A stretch of DNA of 32,000 bases, from assembly GCF_000022265.1 (NCBI RefSeq), contig NC_011979.1, positions 3,510,001-3,542,000 of the forward strand. The letters are read 5' to 3'. The stretch is from Geotalea daltonii FRC-32. GTDB lineage: Bacteria; Desulfobacterota; Desulfuromonadia; Geobacterales; Geobacteraceae. A model generated the notes under the pieces. The model did not search any database, was not told the DNA's origin, and saw only the letters and a program-made list of their open reading frames with translations. Shown here piece after piece: positions 1 to 7,723 of this stretch. A program made the translations under genes and the position numbers. The number at the start of each line of letters is the position of its first letter. Position 1 is the first letter of the stretch.

Positions 1-287
1 GCGAGAATGGCGACAAAGAGGGCGACAACGACGATCCAGAAGGTAAAAGCAAGAATGTAGGTAGTACGGAAACCTGCGACCCTGCCGAATACCGTTGCCA
101 GGCCGCACAAAAACAGGCCGAACCACAAAAGGACAAAGGCTACAAGCTTGAAATAGTCCAGGCTTCCGCTGCTCTGTCCATAGATTGTACTGCCGCAATG
201 GGGGCAGATGGCGCTTCGACCGGCGCCAAGGAAGAGCATGGCCATAATGCGCGGAGGCAATATACTGTTGCAACGGGGACAGTTCAT
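1..287 (-). CDS. zinc-ribbon membrane protein, partial (C-terminus beyond window edge)
   Basis: The minus-strand frame is open from ATG at 287 to the window edge. It is absent from the supplied track because it has no in-window stop. Translation: MNCPRCNSILPPRIMAMLFLGAGRSAICPHCGSTIYGQSS..., giving CxxC...CxxC followed by hydrophobic helices (VAFVLLWFGLFLCGLATVF, ILAFTFWIVVVALFVAIL). It starts about 26 nt after the stop of the 314..886 gene. Confidence 0.5.
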   Translation of the reverse strand, partial: MNCPRCNSILPPRIMAMLFLGAGRSAICPHCGSTIYGQSSGSLDYFKLVAFVLLWFGLFLCGLATVFGRVAGFRTTYILAFTFWIVVVALFVAIL

Positions 288-313
288 TTTCAGTCGTGGG
301 AGGATTTATCGTT

Positions 314-886
314 TTACACAGATCTGATCGTCCTGATTATCATCCACGCCACAAGCACCAGAAGAAGCACGATCACCACCCAGATGGCATAGAGCTTGAT
401 GATCGTCGCTGCACTGGCTATGCGGATGTAGCATTGTTGCAGGCCTGAGGCGCCTTCATCGATGAAGTGTTGCAGCTGCATGAGTTGCAGGGAATTTTCG
501 GCCCAGTCGGCAAGGACTGCAATGCCTACCGGTGCCGCCAGCCAGGAGAAATGGAAAGGACTGCCGAGAGCTGCCCAGGCCAGCAGCAAGCTGGCAAAAA
601 AGGCGGCTCCGTAGAAAAGGGGAAATACCAGGTCCAGCCTGAGGGAGCACTTTTCCACCTGGAGTGCCGTTTGATCGAGGGTGCCCCAATGACGGCCCAC
701 GGCAGCGGCGTCATAGCCGCAATAGCGCTGATTGAGCGGCTTTTGGTCCTGAGGGTCCCTGAGTTGCTGCTGCAGCCGCTGTTCCACATACTGTCGGTTG
801 CTCAACTTGCCCATGAACCACGAACCGGCATAAAAAGTCAACACCGGCAACAGGATGATGATCACGATCTTCGGCAGATTGGACAT
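314..886 (-). CDS. integral membrane protein, unknown function
   Basis: 190-aa ORF with several hydrophobic helices (IVIIILLPVLTFYAGSWF, LVFPLFYGAAFFASLLLAWAAL, IKLYAIWVVIVLLLVLVAWMII). A GAGGTGA Shine-Dalgarno lies just upstream, and the start is 8 nt after the upstream gene stop. Confidence 0.6.
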   Translation of the reverse strand: MSNLPKIVIIILLPVLTFYAGSWFMGKLSNRQYVEQRLQQQLRDPQDQKPLNQRYCGYDAAAVGRHWGTLDQTALQVEKCSLRLDLVFPLFYGAAFFASLLLAWAALGSPFHFSWLAAPVGIAVLADWAENSLQLMQLQHFIDEGASGLQQCYIRIASAATIIKLYAIWVVIVLLLVLVAWMIIRTIRSV

Positions 887-894
887 AGATCACC

Positions 895-2424
895 TCACGG
901 AAGCAGCATTCTCAAAGGTCTCCGACACTTGTGCCAGAAACCGGTGTATTTGCAGCACAGGGCACAGTCCACTTTGACGGCCCAGGAATGGGCGATGATA
1001 CTACCGAGGACAAAAACAACTGCCGCTCCCAACACAAGTAAAACATCGATGCAGTTCATGTATCCGCACAATGATCTTACCCCACGAACCACTAAAAGCA
1101 GGAGCGTAAGGCCGGTCACGGCGAGAAAAGCCATGTACGATCCAACCCCAGAGCGTACCTCCTTGTCCATCTCCGCCAGTAATGACGATTTACTGCCGCT
1201 ATAGTGGGATTGGACCAATGTCGGAATTTGGGTTGAGATGGAGGTACCGGGCCAGTCGATACTCCCGCCGGTATCCATTTCGAACTTGAAGGGGATGTTG
1301 CCGGGGGAGTAGGTATCAGCACCGTTGACACCAGCGGTGCCGTTGGCGATTCTCTCGAAAATACTCACATGCAGCTTGGGGATGGGAATGTTGTGCTCAT
1401 CGCAGAGCTTGCGCAGGTCGCGGGGCGACCACCGGTAATACACGGCAACCCCGGCCCTTGAGTCGTACATCTTGTCATGGACATCTTGGTGCTCCCGGAC
1501 AAAGTCCAGGTCCTTTTGGATAAAGCAAAGCCCTGCCCGGCTCGCCTCGTTCATCATCCAGTCCAGTGTCACCAGGGACATCCCCTGTTTGGGATAGCCG
1601 CCTCCCACATTGGAATGGACACCGGAGAACCACACCTGCTTGATGCGTGTATCTGCGCCGTTCTTCTCGTTCCACAACTCGGGATGGAAGGTGCGGCGCT
1701 CTTCGTCCAGGGCCAATGCCTGGCAGGCCTGTGCCACCTCCGGTCCAAGGGTATTGTCGGCAAACCAGATCGGCCAGATGAAACGCCCGATGAAATCCCG
1801 CAATCCGTCGAAGGGGGTGCCAATGGCCCCCACCGTATCCCAGACCCCAATGAAGGCTATGTCGATACATTCCTCGGGATTGACCGCATGTTTCTCCCGT
1901 CGCCGACGCTTTGCCACTTCCCACTCTGCAGCGATATGCTCCTGGGATGGGATGGTCCTTTTTCGGTCATCGGCATCCTTCTGCCGAAAAGCGACCGTTC
2001 TGAATTCGTCCCAGCTTTCGCCTATTTTTTCGGTGAGGAGGTCCCGTGGTTGAGCATTGTAGTAGCTGCTATCCAGGACACCGCAGTACTGGATAAAGCC
2101 GGCCAGCGCCCGGACCGTGTAAGCCCCGCGGCTGAAGCCGAAAAGAAAGATCTTGTCCCCCGGCTCATAAACGTTTACCAGTTCCCGGTACATCTTCTTC
2201 ACGTTGTTGGAAAATCCCCAGCCGAAAGCCCCTCCGACTACTCGGGCGAAGGCATTGGCGGTCCCGACACCATCGTCATAGAAGGCGACCTGCTTCATGA
2301 CATCGGCTGCGCCCTTGTGACCCTGAATGTCCACTGCCTCGTAAAGCTTGAAGACGTTGGTTCCCCGGGCTTTTATATCCCGGTTGCCGGTTCCGTCGGA
2401 GCACAGCACGATGTTCTTGGCCAT
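895..2424 (-). CDS. DUF2235 / Tle1-like alpha/beta-hydrolase (putative phospholipase) with C-terminal membrane anchor
   Basis: Motifs seen: KNIVLCSDGTGN...TNVFKLY, LFGFSRGAYTVRALAGFI (GxSxG) and FSGVHSNVGGGYP, matching my memory of the DUF2235 family that includes T6SS Tle1 lipases. Two hydrophobic helices lie at the C-terminus (YMAFLAVTGLTLLLLVV, VLLVLGAAVVFVLGSIIA). Strong SD GGGAGGAGGG. Confidence 0.8.
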   Translation of the reverse strand: MAKNIVLCSDGTGNRDIKARGTNVFKLYEAVDIQGHKGAADVMKQVAFYDDGVGTANAFARVVGGAFGWGFSNNVKKMYRELVNVYEPGDKIFLFGFSRGAYTVRALAGFIQYCGVLDSSYYNAQPRDLLTEKIGESWDEFRTVAFRQKDADDRKRTIPSQEHIAAEWEVAKRRRREKHAVNPEECIDIAFIGVWDTVGAIGTPFDGLRDFIGRFIWPIWFADNTLGPEVAQACQALALDEERRTFHPELWNEKNGADTRIKQVWFSGVHSNVGGGYPKQGMSLVTLDWMMNEASRAGLCFIQKDLDFVREHQDVHDKMYDSRAGVAVYYRWSPRDLRKLCDEHNIPIPKLHVSIFERIANGTAGVNGADTYSPGNIPFKFEMDTGGSIDWPGTSISTQIPTLVQSHYSGSKSSLLAEMDKEVRSGVGSYMAFLAVTGLTLLLLVVRGVRSLCGYMNCIDVLLVLGAAVVFVLGSIIAHSWAVKVDCALCCKYTGFWHKCRRPLRMLLP

Positions 2425-2596
2425 TGTTCACCCTCCTCCCGTCAATCCTGCAGAAGAAATACAAAGATAGACCAATGCCCCAGCAATGTATGATGCACTT
2501 TATCGGTTAACGTTCATTCTCAGTTTTTTCAACCGGGATAGTCAAAATTTCTGAGCGAAGTATTGCTGCCACCTCATCTGTGCCTCACTAGGTCAA

Positions 2597-3844
2597 CTAA
2601 ACGCGCGACTTAAAGCTCAACTTGGTTTTCATGTTTACTAACTTCAGGTCCTTCAAGTAATTAGTAGTATCTTCATCAATAAACTGTGTTATTTTAGACA
2701 ATTGGTCCAATTGTATTGGTTTCATTGTTTCCCCTTTCGCTTGGGGTAACATTCCTTTATCTTTCATATAATTGGCAGTTAGGGGCAATGCCTTCTCAAT
2801 ATGTCCTATTGGTCTCAATCCCACAAGACTCGAGACCACATCTTGTGTAATTTTTGAAGGTGGAAGAGCGGCTTTGGTTAGTTCTTGATATTTGTCTTTT
2901 ATTGCCATTATTGCCGCGCTTTTTATTTTTGTTCTTTCGCTATTTATGTAAGAATTGTCTGCATCTATGAGAGCATTGCCTTCTATCCACATTGTTTTAG
3001 AATCGTTGAATACTTTTTTTACTTCATTTTGGTCAACAACAATTTGCAGCTGATCGAGATTATTAAGAGCTTGCATATATTTTTTAAACCAATTAGCCTT
3101 TTCGTCATCTCCCTTGTATGGTTCAAAAGATATATTGAAGACAATGTAAGTATTTTCCACCTGCTTATCTTTATAATACAAGGCATCTCCTTTCATCTCA
3201 AACTTACTTTCATCCACCTGGTTAAATTGATCTCCATCATTGGTAGAGATCATAATCAGATAGCCGCTGGTAAGTTTACCCTTGCTAACTGGATTGCTTT
3301 CGGATTGGCTGCTTATTATTCCTGCGTAACTTGCCTCTAACTGTGAATGTGGATCTGAATCAGTAAACAGTTTTTTTACCAACGAGGTTATGGTCAGCAC
3401 TTGTCCAACAACAGTTGGCGCAAGCTGAAGAGCAGCTTGATACTCAGGTTTATTCAACATATCGAATTTGGCTTGCAGTAAATCGTTATTTACTGCTGTC
3501 ATTTTTACATTAATAGATAAGGCATCTGCGTTGGCTGGTATTTTGACAGCTATATTTCTTTGCAATCCGAGGTCGTAGTTTCTATTGACCGCCACCTCTC
3601 TAATATCCTGGACGGAGGTAGCTTCAATAGACTCAACACCCGAATCATACTTAATGTTTGTTGCAAGAGCGATGGTGTCACTACCCCCGAACACATTCTG
3701 CCAAAAGTTGCCAACAGACATGTAGTTTACGCAGTAAAGCTGGATGTTGATGTACCCGGTGTTCTTGAGAATTTGTGATTCCTGCTGGGAATTTGCTGCT
3801 CCCTGGGCTGGCTTCCAGAATTTTTTTGTACCGAGAATTGCCAT
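2597..3844 (-). CDS. hypothetical protein encoded by a strongly AT-rich segment
   Basis: The long ORF is 2597..4000 in the track. I prefer the ATG at 3844 (MAILGTKKFWKP...) because GGGAGGA lies 5 nt upstream and the longer form overlaps the upstream gene by 49 nt. No family was recognised. Two 60-nt lines counted inside it gave 20/60 G+C, against 30/60 in a line of the neighbouring gene. Confidence 0.65.
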   Translation of the reverse strand: MAILGTKKFWKPAQGAANSQQESQILKNTGYINIQLYCVNYMSVGNFWQNVFGGSDTIALATNIKYDSGVESIEATSVQDIREVAVNRNYDLGLQRNIAVKIPANADALSINVKMTAVNNDLLQAKFDMLNKPEYQAALQLAPTVVGQVLTITSLVKKLFTDSDPHSQLEASYAGIISSQSESNPVSKGKLTSGYLIMISTNDGDQFNQVDESKFEMKGDALYYKDKQVENTYIVFNISFEPYKGDDEKANWFKKYMQALNNLDQLQIVVDQNEVKKVFNDSKTMWIEGNALIDADNSYINSERTKIKSAAIMAIKDKYQELTKAALPPSKITQDVVSSLVGLRPIGHIEKALPLTANYMKDKGMLPQAKGETMKPIQLDQLSKITQFIDEDTTNYLKDLKLVNMKTKLSFKSRV

Positions 3845-3951
3845 GGCATCCTCCCTTGATTCGTTAACTGCAAACCATCGATCCCTTGAAGCACGTACAT
3901 CGTTGTTTTTTAAATTATACCCCCGCGGACTTTTTATGCCCGTAACCGGTG

Positions 3952-5202
3952 TCAGGTAAAGCGGAGAAACTTCAATGGATTGTCGCGCACCATTTTGCAC
4001 ATCAAGACGTCCAGGTCCACCTTCAATGGGTCCGGCACCTGGTAAGTTTTGTCGCTCTTGTCCTTCAACCCTTTGAAGAACCCATGGAACATGGTGGCGT
4101 ATGTGGTCTTTTTGTCTTCCAGGGTCATGGGATAATCGGTCCCCCAGAGGAGCTTGTCCTCCAAACCGTAATTTCCGGGGAAATGCCCCTCCTTGTCCTT
4201 GTGCAAGATCCAGAGGAAAGCGGCAATGGACTCCCGCCTGGTGAAATCGAAAGCGGCAACATCGGCATAGGTATTGGGGTAATTTTTCAAAAGTCGTATC
4301 AAACTGGCAGTCCAGCTGCTTTCGCGAAGCCGTTGAAAGAAGTTTTCATACAGGTAGCTGCCGTCATCCTGGGGAGCTTTCTCGAACCAGGCGGTATCCG
4401 CAATGCCGTCCTCCCCGCCGAAATGGGCGAAGTTGATCCTCAGGTTATGAATATCCGGGTCTCCGGCCTTGAATACCTCCTCCCAGTTACGGGGATTGGT
4501 GTAGTCCTCCGCATCGGGACAAAGGCGGAAGGAGTCCTTCTGACAGTGGACGGTAACCGGCCATTGCCGCTTGCAGAGCTCCTTGTAGAATGGCGAGAAG
4601 TCACGCACGTTGAAACCGAGAGGGGGATAGAGCTTGACCCCGAGGTAAATTCCGGAAGCGAGACCAGCTGGGTTTTTCCAGCCGTTCAGCTGGGCAAAGG
4701 ACGTTTCGAACTCCTTTTCCTTCAGGATCTCCAGCTGATCGGCCCTGCGGGGATCGATCCCCACAAAAGGCAGAATTTTTACCCTTTGGGATTTGTTTGC
4801 CTCTATGGCCTTAGAGAGGCGCCTGACCTGCCCCCGCAGTTTTTCCACACCGCCCCCCTTGTCGAAATCCATCACCAGGGGTGTAAGTATCACCTCGTCG
4901 ATATTACCAAGAGAGGTTGGAAAGTCGGGAGAATCGAGAAAGGTGTTTATTTCTTTACACAGCGGCACCACGTTTTCACCGGGCTCGCACTCGAAGAACC
5001 GGATGAATTTCTCGTTGGACTGGACGATTTTTTTCAGGTTGACGATGGGAAGCAGTACTCCGGCAAAGGGAAAGACAAAGGGGAAGATCAGCTTCTTGTG
5101 CAGCTTGTCCTTTTCGCCCACAAAGGTAAACACCGACTGATAGAGTGGAATATCGGCGATGGTGAACATGTGACAGTGACAGTCAATGAAATAGTTCGGC
5201 AT
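3952..5202 (-). CDS. amidohydrolase-superfamily (TIM-barrel metal-dependent) hydrolase
   Basis: The N-terminal FIDCHCHMF (HxH metal-binding motif), the 416-aa length and later conserved His/Asp positions (VTVHCQ, FAHFGG, WGTDYP) fit the Amidohydro_2-like pattern. SD AGGAGGG. Confidence 0.65.
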   Translation of the reverse strand: MPNYFIDCHCHMFTIADIPLYQSVFTFVGEKDKLHKKLIFPFVFPFAGVLLPIVNLKKIVQSNEKFIRFFECEPGENVVPLCKEINTFLDSPDFPTSLGNIDEVILTPLVMDFDKGGGVEKLRGQVRRLSKAIEANKSQRVKILPFVGIDPRRADQLEILKEKEFETSFAQLNGWKNPAGLASGIYLGVKLYPPLGFNVRDFSPFYKELCKRQWPVTVHCQKDSFRLCPDAEDYTNPRNWEEVFKAGDPDIHNLRINFAHFGGEDGIADTAWFEKAPQDDGSYLYENFFQRLRESSWTASLIRLLKNYPNTYADVAAFDFTRRESIAAFLWILHKDKEGHFPGNYGLEDKLLWGTDYPMTLEDKKTTYATMFHGFFKGLKDKSDKTYQVPDPLKVDLDVLMCKMVRDNPLKFLRFT

Positions 5203-5229
5203 ATACCCTCCTGAATGCTCCGATTGATC

Positions 5230-5544
5230 CTAGACCACTGCTTTAACTGCCTCCTCCAGAACTTTTAGCGCTGCGTTGACCGCCTTTTGAATGGTCACCT
5301 TGCTTTTGACCTTGCACATGGCAACGCCTGCCTCAAAAGCGTCACGCTCCCCCTCCAACTGATCCTGCAGCTCTTCGTCCGTAAGATCTCCGCCGATGTA
5401 TGCCTCGGAAATATTCTTAAGGGCTTCCCTTTCATCGGCCAGCACCTGTTCCATGGCGTCTTTCACCTTTGGCCATTCTTTCCGAAAAACACCCTCGGCC
5501 GCCGCCAGCATGTCTCCAATGACCTTGTCCAGTTCGAATCCCAC
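5230..5544 (-). CDS. small helical protein, paralogue of 13535..13867
   Basis: The track ORF 5230..5562 begins at a TTG. A GTG at 5544 is preceded by GAGGGGAGGG at good spacing, so a 104-aa product is more likely. It aligns without gaps to the 110-aa protein at 13535..13867 (shared MLxAA..V, IxGD, AxxAAL..V.EEV). Confidence 0.55.
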   Translation of the reverse strand: MGFELDKVIGDMLAAAEGVFRKEWPKVKDAMEQVLADEREALKNISEAYIGGDLTDEELQDQLEGERDAFEAGVAMCKVKSKVTIQKAVNAALKVLEEAVKAVV

Positions 5545-5558
5545 GATAATCCCTCCCC

Positions 5559-6038
5559 TCAATCTGCCGGAACCTTCGCCCCTTCGGCACCGGCAGCATA
5601 CTCGAACATCCGGCGGAACCGATCCCGATCCAGTTCGGCCACTGCGTCTTTATAGGCATCCTTTTCCTTGTGGCGTACTTTACAGCCGATCCACTGCTTA
5701 AGGATCTTCTGGGTGATTTGAACGGAATCCTCGTTGAACTTTCGTACTTTGTTCCGCAACACAAGTGCCCGCAAGTCCAGCTCTATTTCCCGGTATTTGG
5801 GAGCAGAGACCGCATACTGACGCTTGTCTTCGGCAGTATCCAGCAGCTCTGCATAGAACTGATCCACCAGCCGGGCGTCGGTGAAGATCTGCTCCTCTGT
5901 TTTGGCATCGTAGGGGGCAACCATCTGCAGCGAGCAACCACCGACGATCAATGACAGGAGAAACAGAAGACCAAGAGAAAAGAAAGCAGCACCTCTTCCC
6001 CTGGAAAGAATTGGCGGGCATGAAAGGTATGGCTTCAT
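5559..6038 (-). CDS. lipoprotein (candidate immunity partner of the CHAP hydrolase)
   Basis: Signal peptide with lipobox (LLSLIVGG|CSLQ). The start ATG overlaps the upstream stop as ATGA at 6035-6038. Confidence 0.7.
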   Translation of the reverse strand: MKPYLSCPPILSRGRGAAFFSLGLLFLLSLIVGGCSLQMVAPYDAKTEEQIFTDARLVDQFYAELLDTAEDKRQYAVSAPKYREIELDLRALVLRNKVRKFNEDSVQITQKILKQWIGCKVRHKEKDAYKDAVAELDRDRFRRMFEYAAGAEGAKVPAD

Positions 6039-6829
6039 TTTCCTTCCCCCGAATAATCGATAAACCCCTTATTGATCTCGGTGATCTTCCTGGTCAGCCG
6101 GTACACTCCTCCCCCTTCACGGGTCTTGCTGGCATCCGTATTTCCCTCGATGGTCGTAAGCAGGCCCCCGGCGACCTTCTCCACCAGGCCGGTGTGTCCC
6201 AAGCCGCCGCCATGATCCATGATGAAGACCATTCCCGGCTTGACCAGTTCAGGGTTTCCCACTGCCTGGGAACGCCCGATACGTGTTGCCCCGTGAGAAG
6301 TCGCCCGCTGCCAGTGGTCGAGGCATCCGGCCGTCTTGACCATGGGGTTATCGCAATCAAGCGCCTTTGCCGCCTCGTCAAAACACCAGTAGACGAAGGC
6401 ACAGCACCATGAAAGCCCAGTGGGAACGCCGGCCCGCTTCAGATAGGCATCCACCTGGGGACCGCGGTTGGAATTCTTCGGCACTTCCCGCACATGCTTC
6501 GCGTCCTCTCCGGCTGCCACCTGCACTACCCGGCCGAGCAAATCGCCGTCGGCCGTATCGCTCGCGGGAACCGTACCGTCACCGAAAAGCGACGCCCAGG
6601 TCAAGGATCCCACCTCACCGTCCTGCTTGAGAGGCCTGCCGGCAGCGTCCACATTGCGGGCCTGGAAGAGCTTGACCATCTGCTTCATCTTCGGCCCGTA
6701 ATTTGGATCGTCCGGGTCCAGCCTCAAAGCCGGATCGCTCCCTAGGACCTTATTCAGCCTGAGCTTCAATGCCTTGACGATAACTGCATCCTGTTCGCCA
6801 ACCTTGATTATCCGTCCCGGATATTTCAT
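6035..6829 (-). CDS. PG_binding_1 + CHAP/NlpC-P60-type peptidoglycan amidase/endopeptidase, no signal peptide
   Basis: N-terminal degenerate PG-binding repeat (VIVKALKLRLNKVLG...YGPKMKQMVKLFQ...DGEVGSLTWASLF). C-terminal catalytic Cys context GLSWCCAFVYWCF and His context GLGHTGLV...TIEGNTD. SD GAAGGAGGAG. Confidence 0.8.
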   Translation of the reverse strand: MKYPGRIIKVGEQDAVIVKALKLRLNKVLGSDPALRLDPDDPNYGPKMKQMVKLFQARNVDAAGRPLKQDGEVGSLTWASLFGDGTVPASDTADGDLLGRVVQVAAGEDAKHVREVPKNSNRGPQVDAYLKRAGVPTGLSWCCAFVYWCFDEAAKALDCDNPMVKTAGCLDHWQRATSHGATRIGRSQAVGNPELVKPGMVFIMDHGGGLGHTGLVEKVAGGLLTTIEGNTDASKTREGGGVYRLTRKITEINKGFIDYSGEGK

Positions 6830-6978
6830 GACTCCTCCTTCATGTGCCCCAATGGGGCAGGTTGCAGTTCAAAGGTCCCTCCCGCGTTCGATCGGCCTTC
6901 AACCCCTGAAACCCTTGCCAGAGCAGTTTTTGCTGAATATTGTCGAAAAAGATAACAGAGTTTTACCAAAATACTACA

Positions 6979-7020
6979 ACGTCATGCGTGCATTGCCTTG
7001 GAGCAACACACGCATGACGT
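6979..7020 (-). terminator. 12-bp perfect inverted repeat, likely terminator or RNA structure between two operons
   Basis: acgtcatgcgtg (6979-6990) and cacgcatgacgt (7009-7020) flank an 18-nt loop. On the minus strand the hairpin is followed by UGUAGUAUUUUGG. Confidence 0.4.
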
Positions 7021-7242
7021 GCAGATTGTTTGAAAAGATTCCCAGAGAGCGGGAATATCGATGGTGAGGGCTTTGGCAAGCCAATTACCGGGGAGGCGGC
7101 TGGACTAAGTTAAAGCAATATAATTTAAAACAACCATATTTCAGGACGCTGCCTCCCTTGGCGAAAATAAGGTTCAGGGTACCCGGCACACGGGCTGACC
7201 GTCGCAGGGTTCTTCATGTCATTTCTAGCTGCCATGCCGGCC

Positions 7243-7665
7243 TTATTCCCAGTCATGACTTTGATTGCAGGTCGAGCATTCAACCCTCAAATTCCTAAGG
7301 TTGTTAAAGGCGGCCTTTGCTTCTGAAGGTGTTATTACGCCTGCATGCTTTAACTCATCTCTCCATTTCCTTCTATGGCCAATCTGCACTCCTTCGTAAA
7401 GCACAGGCTGTTTACAATCTTCACATGCCCAAACCCGGGTCAACCTTCCGTCAATGCTAATAGTTTTAAATGGTTGATATACCTCAAGCATATAAAGACG
7501 TGTGCTGAGTGAGTTGGAGTAATCGTGATCATACCAATCAGGCCTCCCCAGGGTGTCCACGTACCCATTTACAGCTTCTTGATCTACTGCTTCATCAGCC
7601 TGCCAATTCACCTCGAATGTAATGCCTGGAGGTAACGCCAGTTCTGCTTTATAAGATGATTTCAT
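7243..7665 (-). CDS. stand-alone HNH (GH-E-like) nuclease-domain protein
   Basis: The C-terminal 60 aa read CEDCKQPVLYEGVQIGHRRKWRDEL...FNNLRNLRVECSTCNQSHDWE, i.e. CxxC...GH...N...CxxCNxxH, a beta-beta-alpha-Me HNH signature resembling the GH-E polymorphic-toxin clade. The N-terminal ~85 aa are unassigned. G+C is lower than its neighbours (26/60 in one counted line). Confidence 0.55.
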   Translation of the reverse strand: MKSSYKAELALPPGITFEVNWQADEAVDQEAVNGYVDTLGRPDWYDHDYSNSLSTRLYMLEVYQPFKTISIDGRLTRVWACEDCKQPVLYEGVQIGHRRKWRDELKHAGVITPSEAKAAFNNLRNLRVECSTCNQSHDWE

Positions 7666-7723
7666 GGTTCAGTCCTCTTCGTTTTTGCTGCGAAAGCGAG
7701 CACTATTACATCCACATCGCCCA

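Noticed and set aside
895-2424. Calling the region a type VI secretion effector locus because of the Tle1-like DUF2235 domain
   Set aside because: No Hcp, VgrG, PAAR, TssA-M or adaptor genes are visible anywhere in the 32 kb. The protein also has its own membrane anchor, so a T6SS assignment is not justified from this window.
3949-5214. 421-aa plus-strand ORF
   Set aside because: It is an exact antisense shadow of the amidohydrolase gene. It has no SD and no recognisable motifs, whereas the minus-strand frame has the HxH motif and a strong SD. The same reasoning applies to other long antisense ORFs (467..1204, 1477..2493, 7664..8200, 9157..9873, 20270..21022, 27245..27943, 30203..30769, 31311..31928).
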